Part shown: in pieces, positions 1-9,578 of the stretch | Numbering within the stretch: the stretch's first letter is position 1 | Layout: the number at the start of each line of letters is the position of its first letter | Assembly (NCBI GenBank): GCA_022703585.1 | Contig: JAKLDJ010000003.1 | Span: 142,250-206,249, forward strand | Length of the DNA stretch: 64,000 bases | Direction: 5' to 3' | DNA from: Candidatus Omnitrophota bacterium | GTDB taxonomy: Bacteria; Omnitrophota; Gorgyraeia; Zapsychrales; JAKLDJ01 | Translations under genes and position numbers: made by a program | The notes under the pieces: model-generated | Database searches by the model: none | Seen by the model: the letters and a program-made list of their open reading frames with translations, nothing else | Told to the model about the DNA's origin: nothing

Positions 1-420
1 GGGGACCCGGAGGGGGCCTTAAGGCAGTACCGCCAGCTAATTACTGACGACCCGAAGAGCCCTAAGGGGTATTTTACCTCGGCTAAGACCTGCGCGGGTC
101 TCAAGCGCTATGAGGAGATGATGGGTTTCTTAAAGAAGGCTCATCGCTTGGCGCCGAAAGACAGCAAGGATCTTTTGGAGATAGGGGATATTGTTTATGA
201 GAATAAGAATTTTGGCATAGCCAAAGAAGTCTACGCCATGGCGATAGAGACAGAGAAAAACCTGGAGAAAGTCCATAACAAAATAGGCCTCTGCTATCTA
301 TCGGTCGGAAATTATGCAAAGGCAAAGGCAGAATTTATTGAGGGCCTAAAATTCAGTCCGCGCGACGAAGAATTGAAAAAAAGCCTTAAAGAATTGGATA
401 GGAAAACTCGAAGAAAGTAA
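1..420 (+). CDS. TPR-repeat protein, 5' end outside window (frame open from nt 1; listed ORF 118..420 is its C-terminal part)
   Basis: Frame 1 has no stop from nt 1 to 420; TPR-like helical repeats (YAMAIETEKNLEKVHNKIGLCYLSVGNYAKAKAEF). Confidence 0.5.
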   Translation, partial: GDPEGALRQYRQLITDDPKSPKGYFTSAKTCAGLKRYEEMMGFLKKAHRLAPKDSKDLLEIGDIVYENKNFGIAKEVYAMAIETEKNLEKVHNKIGLCYLSVGNYAKAKAEFIEGLKFSPRDEELKKSLKELDRKTRRK

Positions 421-544
421 AACGGCAAGGGCTTTCGCGCCGTAAGCCCTCTTGCAAAATAGTCTGTTCCAACGTATAATTGTTATTAACGTATTTCATC
501 TAGATTCTTAAGAGCGCTGTTTTCCACGGAAGGGAATACCATTT

Positions 545-1762
545 ATGCGTGAAGTATTGACTTTTATCTTGGCCGGCGGCAAGGGTGAGAGGCTTAATCC
601 TTTGACTCGTGACAGAACTAAGCCGGCGGTTCCGTTTGGCGGCATTTACCGGATTATCGATTTTACCTTAAGCAATTGCGTTAACTCCGGATTGCGGCGG
701 GTGTTTGTTCTTATTCAATACAAGTCTTTTTCTTTGCAAAAACATATCTTGGCCGGGTGGGATATCGTTTCAAGCCAGCTGGGAGAATTTATCGATGTTA
801 TTCCGCCGCAGCAGAGAATCGGCTCGGATTGGTACAAGGGTACGGCCGATGCCATCCATCAAAATGCCTATACGATCCAGGATTACAACCCTAAGCTGGT
901 CATGATTTTGGCCGGGGATCATGTTTATAAAATGGATTATAGAAAGCTTATGGAGCGGCATCAGGAAACGGATGCTGACATGACGGTTGCCTGTATCGAG
1001 TTTCCTAAAGATGCGGCCACGGGCTTGGGTGTTGTCGAAGTTGATAAAAAAGGAAGGGTGTGCGGCTTCCAAGAAAAGCCCCTCGACCCCAAGACGATCC
1101 CCGGGGATCCGAATAAGATTTTTGGCTCCATGGGGATTTATCTGTTTAAAACAGAAGTTCTCCTAGAGGAACTTGGCGAGGACGCGAGGCTTAATTCCGA
1201 CCATGACTTTGGAAAGAATATTATCCCGCAGATGATTCAGAAAAAACGCCGGGTTTATTTTTATAATTTTGTCGATGAGGATAATCGTCCCAAATACTGG
1301 CGCGATATTGGAACTCGCGACGCCTACTATCAGGCCAATATGGATTTAGTGAGATCCAATCCCGAATTTAATCTCTATGACAAGTCCTGGCCGGTGCGCA
1401 CCTACCATGCGCAATTTCCGCCGATTAAGATTATGAGTGTTACCGATAAAGGAAGTACTAACGTCGGCCTAGTGGTTGACTCTCTGATTGCCGGCGGTTG
1501 TGAGATTAAAGGTGCGCAGATTAAACGTTCGGTGCTTTCTTCGAACGTCCGTATTGAAAATTACGCTGAGGTGAGCGATTCGGTCCTGATGGAGAGCGTT
1601 ACCGTGGGCGAATATTCAAAGATACAAAATGCCATTATTGATAAAGAGGTTACTATCCCGCCTCATTCAGAAATCGGTTATAATCTTGAGATGGACCGAA
1701 AACGATTCGATGTAACCACGTCCGGCATCGTGATTGTTGCCAAGAAATCCGCCGTACAATAA
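545..1762 (+). CDS. glgC: glucose-1-phosphate adenylyltransferase
   Basis: 405 aa; N-terminal FILAGGKGERLNPLTRDRTKPAVPFGG nucleotidyl-transferase motif, typical GlgC length with a left-handed beta-helix C-terminus. Confidence 0.9.
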   Translation: MREVLTFILAGGKGERLNPLTRDRTKPAVPFGGIYRIIDFTLSNCVNSGLRRVFVLIQYKSFSLQKHILAGWDIVSSQLGEFIDVIPPQQRIGSDWYKGTADAIHQNAYTIQDYNPKLVMILAGDHVYKMDYRKLMERHQETDADMTVACIEFPKDAATGLGVVEVDKKGRVCGFQEKPLDPKTIPGDPNKIFGSMGIYLFKTEVLLEELGEDARLNSDHDFGKNIIPQMIQKKRRVYFYNFVDEDNRPKYWRDIGTRDAYYQANMDLVRSNPEFNLYDKSWPVRTYHAQFPPIKIMSVTDKGSTNVGLVVDSLIAGGCEIKGAQIKRSVLSSNVRIENYAEVSDSVLMESVTVGEYSKIQNAIIDKEVTIPPHSEIGYNLEMDRKRFDVTTSGIVIVAKKSAVQ

Positions 1763-1862
1763 TCCTTAAATCAATTTTTTCCCTCTTTTTTTATCCGAAA
1801 AATTCTATTTTTTGATGCGGAGGTACTCTGCGGAGATTGCGAAGGGCAGCCTGGCGAAGATA

Positions 1863-3062
1863 TCAGCGCTTGAGGGTTTCTTTGAATTTCTTGGTAAGGA
1901 GGGGGACGACTTGAAATAGGTCCCCGACAATGCCATAGGTGGCGACGCCAAAAATCGGCGCAGAGGGATCTTGGTTGATGGCAACAATCACCTCTGAGGA
2001 TTGCATTCCGACGAGGTGTTGAATTTGGCCTGAGATACCGCAGGCGATATAAAGCTTGGGGCAAACGGTTTTTCCGGTTTGGCCCACCTGATGGGAGTAA
2101 GGCATCCATTCGCTGTCAACAGCCGCCCGAGATGCACCTACCGCAGCCCCCAGCACTTTCGCTAATTCTTCCAAGAGGGCGAAATTTTCCGGCCCGCGCA
2201 TACCGCGGCCTCCGGAGACGATAATATCGGCTTCGCTGACGTTAATGGTCGAAGTTACTTCCTCGACGACTTCCAGGATGCTGGTGCGGGAAGTGAGAAG
2301 GGTGACGTCAAAATTCTCTTCGATGACTTTTCCTTTGCGTGTTTTGTCAATCGCTGCTTCCTTCATGACTTTGTGGCGTACCGTGGCCATCTGCGGCCGG
2401 TGGTTTCTGGTGATGATAGTGGCCATGATGTTTCCGCCGAAGGCAGGGCGGGTTTGCAAAAGAATTTTTTCCTTAGGGTCAATGTCAAGGGCGGTACAAT
2501 CCGCGGTTAAACCGGCGTGCAGCTTTACCGCGACCCGCGCAATTAGGGCTCGGCCGATAATCGTGGCGCCGGAAAGCAATATCTCGGGGCGGTGTTTGCG
2601 GATAAGATTGGCGAGGATTTTGGTGTATGGTTCGTCTAAGAAATGTTCCAGCTTTTGATTATCAACGATGTAGACATTGTCCGCGCCGCGGTAGATAAGC
2701 TCCTGGGCCTTGTCTTTGATGTTGTGGCCTAAAACTACGCAGGAAACCTGGGTGTCGAGATTCTTTGCTAATTCTCTTGCCTTGCCTAAAAGTTCAAAGA
2801 CGACCGGCTGGATAACGCCTTTCTTTTGTTCTCCGAAGACCCAAACGCCTTTATATTGATCGATATTTTCGGTCTTCTTCGATTCTCTTTTAAGTTCGAT
2901 CGCGTTAAAACGGCAGGCATCTAAGCAGGCACCGCAAAGGGTACATTTGTCCAGGTCAATAACTGCCTTCTTATCGACCATAGTAATGGCGCCGAAGGGG
3001 CAGACCTTAACGCAGAGTGTGCAGCCGGTACATTTATCGTTGATAACGCGGATACTGCTCAT
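1863..3062 (-). CDS. etfA: electron transfer flavoprotein alpha subunit fused to an N-terminal 2x[4Fe-4S] ferredoxin domain
   Basis: N-terminus CTGCTLCVKVCPFGAI ... CTLCGACLDACRFNAI (two CxxCxxCxxxCP clusters) followed by an EtfA FAD-binding domain (VSGGRGM, YIACGISGQIQH). Confidence 0.85.
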   Translation of the reverse strand: MSSIRVINDKCTGCTLCVKVCPFGAITMVDKKAVIDLDKCTLCGACLDACRFNAIELKRESKKTENIDQYKGVWVFGEQKKGVIQPVVFELLGKARELAKNLDTQVSCVVLGHNIKDKAQELIYRGADNVYIVDNQKLEHFLDEPYTKILANLIRKHRPEILLSGATIIGRALIARVAVKLHAGLTADCTALDIDPKEKILLQTRPAFGGNIMATIITRNHRPQMATVRHKVMKEAAIDKTRKGKVIEENFDVTLLTSRTSILEVVEEVTSTINVSEADIIVSGGRGMRGPENFALLEELAKVLGAAVGASRAAVDSEWMPYSHQVGQTGKTVCPKLYIACGISGQIQHLVGMQSSEVIVAINQDPSAPIFGVATYGIVGDLFQVVPLLTKKFKETLKR

Positions 3063-3063
3063 T

Positions 3064-3843
3064 TTAAAGAATCCCTTTTAATATGCCGACCAATTTGCTG
3101 GCTGAATCTTCCGCATCGCCTTCAAAAATCTGGCCCTTTGGCCGCGGCGGCGGGGTGAAAATCTTAACCACCTGCGTCGGAGAGCCGATCAATCCTAAGT
3201 GTTCTTCCTGGGCTTCGATATCTTTGCCTTTCCAAGTCGGGATAACGGCACTTTTGGCCCGCATCTTTCCTTTTAAAGAAGGGATGCGGGGTGAATTGAT
3301 TTCTTTGACCACGGTCATCAGGCAGGGCAGGCGGGTTTTTATGATCTCAAAACCCTCTTCGGTCATGCGCTCGACGGTCAATTGGTTATCTTTAAACTCG
3401 TCAATCTTACGGACGCAGGTAACCTGAGCGATATCTAGATGAGCCGCGATACCCGGGCCGACCTGGGCCGTATCGCCGTCGGAAGCCTGTTTTCCGCAAA
3501 CGATAATGTCAAAATCTTTGATCTTTTTTATGGTCATGGAAAGGGTATAGCCCGTGGCCAGCGTGTCCGAGCCGGCAAAGGCCCGGTCGCTGACTAAGAC
3601 CGCGTCATCACAGCCCAAAGAAATAGCCTCGCGTAATGCCGCCTCGGCCTGTGGCGGGCCCATGGTGATGACGGTGGTTTTACCGCCAAATCGTTCCTTT
3701 AGGCGCACGCCTTCCTCGATAGCGTACATATCGAAAGGGTTGATAATCGATTGCACACCTTCGCGGATCAGGGTATTTGTCTCGGGGTTGATCCTAACCT
3801 GGGTTGTATCAGGAACCTGCTTTATGCAGACAATGATGTTCAT
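3064..3843 (-). CDS. etfB: electron transfer flavoprotein beta subunit
   Basis: 259 aa; MNIIVCIKQVPDT start typical of EtfB; forms an operon with etfA and the acyl-CoA dehydrogenase. Confidence 0.85.
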   Translation of the reverse strand: MNIIVCIKQVPDTTQVRINPETNTLIREGVQSIINPFDMYAIEEGVRLKERFGGKTTVITMGPPQAEAALREAISLGCDDAVLVSDRAFAGSDTLATGYTLSMTIKKIKDFDIIVCGKQASDGDTAQVGPGIAAHLDIAQVTCVRKIDEFKDNQLTVERMTEEGFEIIKTRLPCLMTVVKEINSPRIPSLKGKMRAKSAVIPTWKGKDIEAQEEHLGLIGSPTQVVKIFTPPPRPKGQIFEGDAEDSASKLVGILKGIL

Positions 3844-4997
3844 TTCTTAGCGCTGTCTTTGATGAGGGCCAGGCCGATGATGTTTCTTTGAATCTGATTG
3901 GTGCCTTCGTAGATCTGAGTAATTTTGGCATCCCGCATGAATTTCTCAACCGGATATTCTCTCATATAGCCGTAACCGCCGAAAATTTGTACCGCGTCAG
4001 TGGAAACCTTCATGGCGACGTCCGAGGCGAATAATTTTGCCATAGCTGAATCCTTACCGACATCTTTTTTGCCGGCATCGACTTCGCGGGCGGAGGCATA
4101 CACAAGCGCCCGTGCGGCTTCGACCTGGGTGGCCATATCAGCAAGCATCCATTGGATACCCTGAAACGTTGAAATGGCCTTGCCGAATTGTTTCCGTTCC
4201 CGGGCATATTGAACCGCCGCATCTAATGCTCCTTGGGCAATACCGACGGCCTGAGCGCCGATGCCGGGTCGGGACTGGTCAAATGTTCTCATGGCAGCGA
4301 TAAATCCCATGCCTTCTTTACCTAAAAGATTTTCTTTGGGGATCTTGCAATCGGTAAAAACAAGCTCGCGCGTGGAAGAAGCACGGATGCCCATCTTGTC
4401 TTCTTTTTTACCGAAGGTAAATCCGGGCGTTCCTTTCTCGACGACGAAAAGACTGGCGCCGCGCGGACCCTTGGATTTATCGGTCATGGCGATAATGGTA
4501 TAGATCTCGGCATCGCCGCCGTTAGAGATAAAATGCTTTGTCCCGTTTAAAATATAGTGATCGCCTTCTTTTTTAGCGGTGGTCTGAATGGCACTGGCGT
4601 CTGAGCCTGCGGCTGGTTCGGTAAGCCCAAAAGCGGCGAGTTTTTCCCCTTTAGCGATTGGAGGCAGGTACTTCTTTTTTTGCTCTTCGGTTCCAAAAAG
4701 AATAATGGGGTAGGTCCCCAAGGCGGTTGCTGAATAACCTAGGGCAATACCGCCGCAGCCCTTGGAAAATTCTTCGGTGGCGATACACAGTTCCATGACG
4801 CCGCCGCCCATGCCACCGTATTGTTCTTCAATATACACCCCAAAAAGATCGGATTGGGCGATAACCTTAAGGACATCCCAGGGAAATTCGCCGGTTTTAT
4901 CGTATTCGGCCGCCACGGGCTTTATTTTCTCTTCGGTAATCTGACGGCAGAGATCACGGATCATGACTTGTTCTTCGGTAAGCAGATAATCGATCAT
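3840..4997 (-). CDS. bcd: acyl-CoA dehydrogenase (short-chain/butyryl-CoA type)
   Basis: 385 aa; ACAD family motifs (GSDASAIQTTA, YGGYGYMREYPVEKFMRDAKITQIYEGTNQIQR); 4-nt overlap with etfB. Confidence 0.8.
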   Translation of the reverse strand: MIDYLLTEEQVMIRDLCRQITEEKIKPVAAEYDKTGEFPWDVLKVIAQSDLFGVYIEEQYGGMGGGVMELCIATEEFSKGCGGIALGYSATALGTYPIILFGTEEQKKKYLPPIAKGEKLAAFGLTEPAAGSDASAIQTTAKKEGDHYILNGTKHFISNGGDAEIYTIIAMTDKSKGPRGASLFVVEKGTPGFTFGKKEDKMGIRASSTRELVFTDCKIPKENLLGKEGMGFIAAMRTFDQSRPGIGAQAVGIAQGALDAAVQYARERKQFGKAISTFQGIQWMLADMATQVEAARALVYASAREVDAGKKDVGKDSAMAKLFASDVAMKVSTDAVQIFGGYGYMREYPVEKFMRDAKITQIYEGTNQIQRNIIGLALIKDSAKK

Positions 4998-5653
4998 TTT
5001 TCCTCCTGCGGGTTAATTCTTATACATATATTTCTTTTAATATTGATACTTAAAAAAGCTTAAAGCATCTTGTATCTTGACAGTTTTTCAGAATGATTTT
5101 GGTCTAGTTAAACTTCATCATAGTATCACAGAAGATATATAAGAGGCAATATTTTTTTTATTCTCTTTAGGACAGAGATGATTCTTCAAGGGGTGTGTTT
5201 TTTTGGTATTGGAAAAACCTTAAGTAGTGCTTTCTATTCATTAACGAAAGCAACAGCTATCGGGGGGCGGAAGTGGTTTGGTGTGATTATAGATCGGAGT
5301 TCAATTATTTTGGCTATCGTTGGTACGACATAGGGAGACTCGGGCTTTTATGGACAGTAAATTTAATTTGAGCTTTATCCCGAAGGAAATCAGTCTTTTT
5401 TACATGTCTCGACGAGGATAAATGTAAGATATGTTAATATATGTAAGATAATGCATGATAACAATCCAAAAAGATATATTTAGTAATATTTAAGAAAAAA
5501 AGTGTAATAATTATTGACATCATGTAGTATCTGTAATAAATTGATAGCTGTCTATTGGTTCGGCGAATTTATTTAAAATTTATTTATGAGCAAAATAAAC
5601 GCACTTCTTTAGCAGCAAATTAAGGAAATCCTAGCGTGGCATACGATAACTTG

Positions 5654-5815
5654 ATGACTATTGAGGAAGTCGCAGACTATCTTAGGGTTAAGAAAAGAAC
5701 GGTTTACGACTGGCTTAAGAAAGGAAAAATCCCGGCTATCAAGGCTGTCGGGCAATGGCGTTTTAAGAAAGAAAAGATTGATTCCTGGTTGGAAGAGAGC
5801 ATGCACGCATCATAA
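5654..5815 (+). CDS. small helix-turn-helix DNA-binding protein, excisionase/MerR-like HTH_17 family (53 aa; below the ORF-track cutoff)
   Basis: ATG 5654, TAA 5813; translation MTIEEVADYLRVKKRTVYDWLKKGKIPAIKAVGQWRFKKEKIDSWLEE matches the excisionase-family DNA-binding domain pattern. Confidence 0.6.
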   Translation: MTIEEVADYLRVKKRTVYDWLKKGKIPAIKAVGQWRFKKEKIDSWLEESMHAS

Positions 5816-5848
5816 ACGATTATTTTATGAATAAGGCAAGGAGGGGTT

Positions 5849-6115
5849 ATGCCGAACGCAAGTTCAAAAGATGATGTTGAGCGGGATATTCGGGAGCTGG
5901 TGGCAACGATCCTGGAGTCTGAGCCCGGGTCCATTGACGGCAATGCCAATTTTGTCAAGGACTTAGGCATGGATTCCATGATGGCGCTTGAGATTCTCGC
6001 AGGGATAGAAAAGAAATATCGCATCGCTATTCCTGAAGATACATTGCCAAAATTCACCAGTTTAAACCAAACAGTTTCTATCGTTAAAGGTATTCTCGCG
6101 AACAAGAAATCTTAA
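5849..6115 (+). CDS. acpP: acyl carrier protein
   Basis: 88 aa, acidic, phosphopantetheine attachment motif DLGMDSM. Confidence 0.8.
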   Translation: MPNASSKDDVERDIRELVATILESEPGSIDGNANFVKDLGMDSMMALEILAGIEKKYRIAIPEDTLPKFTSLNQTVSIVKGILANKKS

Positions 6116-6161
6116 CAAGGATTTTTTCATTCTAATTTTCTAACACAAGGGAGGAGCGTCC

Positions 6162-9100
6162 ATGTATTTAAAGAAGTTAGAGATCTTTGGCTTCAAATCA
6201 TTTGCCGAAAAGACAGTCTTGAATTTCGAGCCCGGGATTACGGCGGTGGTTGGGCCTAACGGCTGCGGGAAGAGCAACATTTTTGATTCCATCCGTTGGG
6301 TCTTAGGCGAGCAGAGCGTCAAGGAGCTGCGCGGTTCTTCCATGGAAGATGTTATTTTTAACGGAACCGACACCAAGAGCCCCTTGGGATTTGCGGAAGT
6401 AAGCCTGACGTTCTCTAACGAATCCAAGATGCTTCCTATTGAATATGACGAAGTGGTTGTTACCCGAAGGCTGTTTCGCTCCGGGGAAAGCGAATATCTT
6501 TTAAATAAGACCGTTGTCCGCCTTAAGGATATCCTTGAATTATTTATGGGTACCGGTATCGGTGCTGAGGCCTATTCTTTAGTTCAGCAGGGTAAAGTCG
6601 ATTTGATCGTCAGTGCCCGCCCCGAAGACCGCCGGATGATTTTAGACGAGGCGGCAGGCATTACCAAATACAAATCGAAAAAGAAAGAGGCGCTCAGCAA
6701 GCTGAGTGACACGGAAAATAATCTTCTGCGCATCAACGACATTATCGTGGAAGTCAAAAGGCAGATTGCCTCCATCGAACGGCAAGCCAGCAAGGCCCGC
6801 CGGTATAAGGAAGAGTTTGAGAAGTTAACCAATCTGGAAATACAGCTGGCACGCCATCAAATCCGATCTTTTGCCCAGCAAGTGGACGGGATTAATCTTT
6901 CTCTGGGGCAATTAAAGGACGAAGAGACACGGCTCAATCAAGAAATAGAAAAACTTAATTCCCTGATGAATGAAGAGAACAATCTCTCCTTGGACCTTGG
7001 CCGGAAGATTTCTGAGGTTCGCTCTGAAGATGTCCGGTTCGAAAACCAAATTACGATGGATAGCCGGCAGATTGGTTTTAATCAAGAGCGCATGGCAGAT
7101 CTTACCGCAAATCAGGAGCGCTTAGGCCAGCAAAAGGCCCAGCTTCTCGAGCGTTGCCGTGCCCAGGAAGAGAAAATAAAGGCGCTGGAGCTTTCTCTTG
7201 ATAGCCTGGTCGAATCAACACAAAACAGCATTAAACTGCTCGAGGAAAAGAAAAATAGCCTTATCGCAATCGCCGAGACGATAAAAAACTCCAAAGAATC
7301 GATTGTCGATGACGAAGTGAAGATTCTGGATCTGACTTCGCAGCAGGTCAATATCAAAAACGAACTTACCGAGATCATGAAGGAATTTCAGGGTTTTCTT
7401 GCCAGAAAACGCCGTTTGGATATCGAAAACGAAAAGGTCCTTGGTGAGAAAGACCAGGTGGACAATCGCTTGAAAACCGTCTGTGCGGATGTGGAGATTT
7501 GCTTGTCAAAGATTGGCGAATTAAAAACTCAGAAAGAATCCCAGTCTCGCAGCCTTGACGATCTTAAACTAAAATTGTCAAGCCTTGAACAATCCTGCGG
7601 AGAGCTGGAAAGAAAGAAATTATTTCTAAAATCTCAAAAAGAATTTATTGAGAATCTGCGTGTCCAATATCAGGATATTCCGGACCCGGTTGTCGAAGGG
7701 ACTCTTTTGACAACGACTCTGCCGCAGGAAAATTGTAAAGGTATTATCGGCAAGGTGACGGCGTCTCATCCGCTTGATGCGCAAAAGGCCATGGCCTTAA
7801 AAAGTTACCTACCGCGTATTAGCCAAGAGAACCTTTATGAAGTGACTTGTGAGGCAAAATTTATTGAGCTGGATCCGCAGCATATTATTATTCAGATCGA
7901 TGAGCTTAGCCTTCAGATCGAGAGTCTTCTGCGGGAAAAAGAGGGTGTTGCCGCCGCAATTAAATCACAGGAAGAATCCATTTTATCCGTCGACAGAGTT
8001 ATTCATGATCACGAAAGAGTATTGTCCAGCTATGATGCGCAGAAAACTCAAATTCTTGAAGAGGTAGGTAAGCTGACCTCCGAGCTGGATCTTGTCGACG
8101 CGGAATTAAGCGAAGCCAAATCGTCTCTTGCAAGCCTAAAGGCCAAAGAAGAAGACCATGCTCATCGCCTGGAAGCGGTTGACGAAGAGATTCTGGCGCT
8201 CCAAAGCCGCATCAAGGACAATCAAAATGCGATTGCCCTCAAGACTCAAGAGAGAGAAGAAATCAATGTAGCTGTCGCCCAGCTTGAAACCGAAATCGGT
8301 TCGGTTAAGGATAAAGAAAGAGGCTATCAGGAAAATCTTAAAGTCCTTCGCGACGTCCTGGACAACGATCAGCAAACCATTGAACGAGTTGACCAGGAAA
8401 ATATCGAGCATGGACAGAAAAAAGAGATTTTGGCCCAGGATATTACTGCATTGAACTCTAAGATTGAAGAACTTAAAGGCCGGAGGGAATCTCTCAAGGA
8501 ATCGATCGCAGCCCTGGAGGAACAAAAAAATGAAGTGGGCCTGCGTATCAGTGATATTCGAAAGAAAAACGACGACCTTCTGCAGGAAATTGAAAATGTC
8601 AAGGGCCTGATGCATCAACAGCAGATGAAATGCCAGGAAATATCGTTTAGCGAAAAGAGCATCAAGGATAAATTATTGCAGACGTATAAAATCAATCTCG
8701 ACGAAATCATTGCCCAGGAACAACTCCCTGCCCAGGCCGGTACGGTCACGCCGGAGGCCGAGTCGGCAGTTGCGCAGGCTGAATCGGTAATTTCAGCGGC
8801 AGAATCAATCGACACCCCGATAGCCGCTGAGAATATCCCTGTTTCGCAGCCGGTGCAGATAAGCCCCGAGGAGATGATGAGTCAAATTGAACAACTCAAA
8901 AAGAAATGCGAATCTTTTGGCACGGTTAATCTGGTGGCGATTGAAGAGTTTGACGAATTACGCCAACGGTTTGAGTTCTTAACCAAGCAGCAAAGTGACC
9001 TTTTAACCGCCAAGGATTCTTTGATGTCAACGATCGGGAAAATCAACCGCACCACCCGCCAAATATTCCTCGACACCTTCACCAAGGTCAGCGAAGAATT

Positions 9101-9578
9101 CCGGATTTATTTCCGGATGCTTTTTGGCGGCGGAGAGGCGCAGCTGGTCTTGGTTGACCCCGAAAATGTTTTGGAATCCGGTATCGAAATCATTGCCCGT
9201 CCTCCGGGAAAAAAGCTGCAGAATATAACCCTACTTTCTGGCGGAGAGAAAACACTGGCGGCGATCGCGCTTATTTTTGGTGTCTTTAAGGTGCGCCCGA
9301 GCCCGTTCTGCGTCCTGGATGAGATTGATGCGGCCCTGGACGAATCGAATGTGGGGCGCTACGGGTATTTGTTAAAAGATTTTGCCAAGATTGCTCAATT
9401 TATTGTTATTACCCATAACAAAAAGACGATTGTCAATGCCAATATCATGTATGGCATTACCATGCAGGAGTCGGGCGTATCTAAAATTGTCTCGGTGAAA
9501 TTCGGAGATAATCAACAGCAGCAGACAAGCGGGGTCAGGGAAGGCAAACAGGAAGCGGTTACGGCGGGCGTTTCTTAA
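6162..9578 (+). CDS. smc: chromosome segregation protein SMC
   Basis: 1138 aa; N-terminal Walker A GPNGCGKSN, long coiled coils, hinge, C-terminal LSGGEKTLAAIALIFG signature and Walker B. Confidence 0.9.
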   Translation: MYLKKLEIFGFKSFAEKTVLNFEPGITAVVGPNGCGKSNIFDSIRWVLGEQSVKELRGSSMEDVIFNGTDTKSPLGFAEVSLTFSNESKMLPIEYDEVVVTRRLFRSGESEYLLNKTVVRLKDILELFMGTGIGAEAYSLVQQGKVDLIVSARPEDRRMILDEAAGITKYKSKKKEALSKLSDTENNLLRINDIIVEVKRQIASIERQASKARRYKEEFEKLTNLEIQLARHQIRSFAQQVDGINLSLGQLKDEETRLNQEIEKLNSLMNEENNLSLDLGRKISEVRSEDVRFENQITMDSRQIGFNQERMADLTANQERLGQQKAQLLERCRAQEEKIKALELSLDSLVESTQNSIKLLEEKKNSLIAIAETIKNSKESIVDDEVKILDLTSQQVNIKNELTEIMKEFQGFLARKRRLDIENEKVLGEKDQVDNRLKTVCADVEICLSKIGELKTQKESQSRSLDDLKLKLSSLEQSCGELERKKLFLKSQKEFIENLRVQYQDIPDPVVEGTLLTTTLPQENCKGIIGKVTASHPLDAQKAMALKSYLPRISQENLYEVTCEAKFIELDPQHIIIQIDELSLQIESLLREKEGVAAAIKSQEESILSVDRVIHDHERVLSSYDAQKTQILEEVGKLTSELDLVDAELSEAKSSLASLKAKEEDHAHRLEAVDEEILALQSRIKDNQNAIALKTQEREEINVAVAQLETEIGSVKDKERGYQENLKVLRDVLDNDQQTIERVDQENIEHGQKKEILAQDITALNSKIEELKGRRESLKESIAALEEQKNEVGLRISDIRKKNDDLLQEIENVKGLMHQQQMKCQEISFSEKSIKDKLLQTYKINLDEIIAQEQLPAQAGTVTPEAESAVAQAESVISAAESIDTPIAAENIPVSQPVQISPEEMMSQIEQLKKKCESFGTVNLVAIEEFDELRQRFEFLTKQQSDLLTAKDSLMSTIGKINRTTRQIFLDTFTKVSEEFRIYFRMLFGGGEAQLVLVDPENVLESGIEIIARPPGKKLQNITLLSGGEKTLAAIALIFGVFKVRPSPFCVLDEIDAALDESNVGRYGYLLKDFAKIAQFIVITHNKKTIVNANIMYGITMQESGVSKIVSVKFGDNQQQQTSGVREGKQEAVTAGVS

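Noticed and set aside
9575-9578. smc and the convergent GGDEF gene share a TTAA stop/stop overlap
   Set aside because: It is real in the sequence but a trivial consequence of compact convergent genes. There is no intervening terminator, and it is noted only as context.
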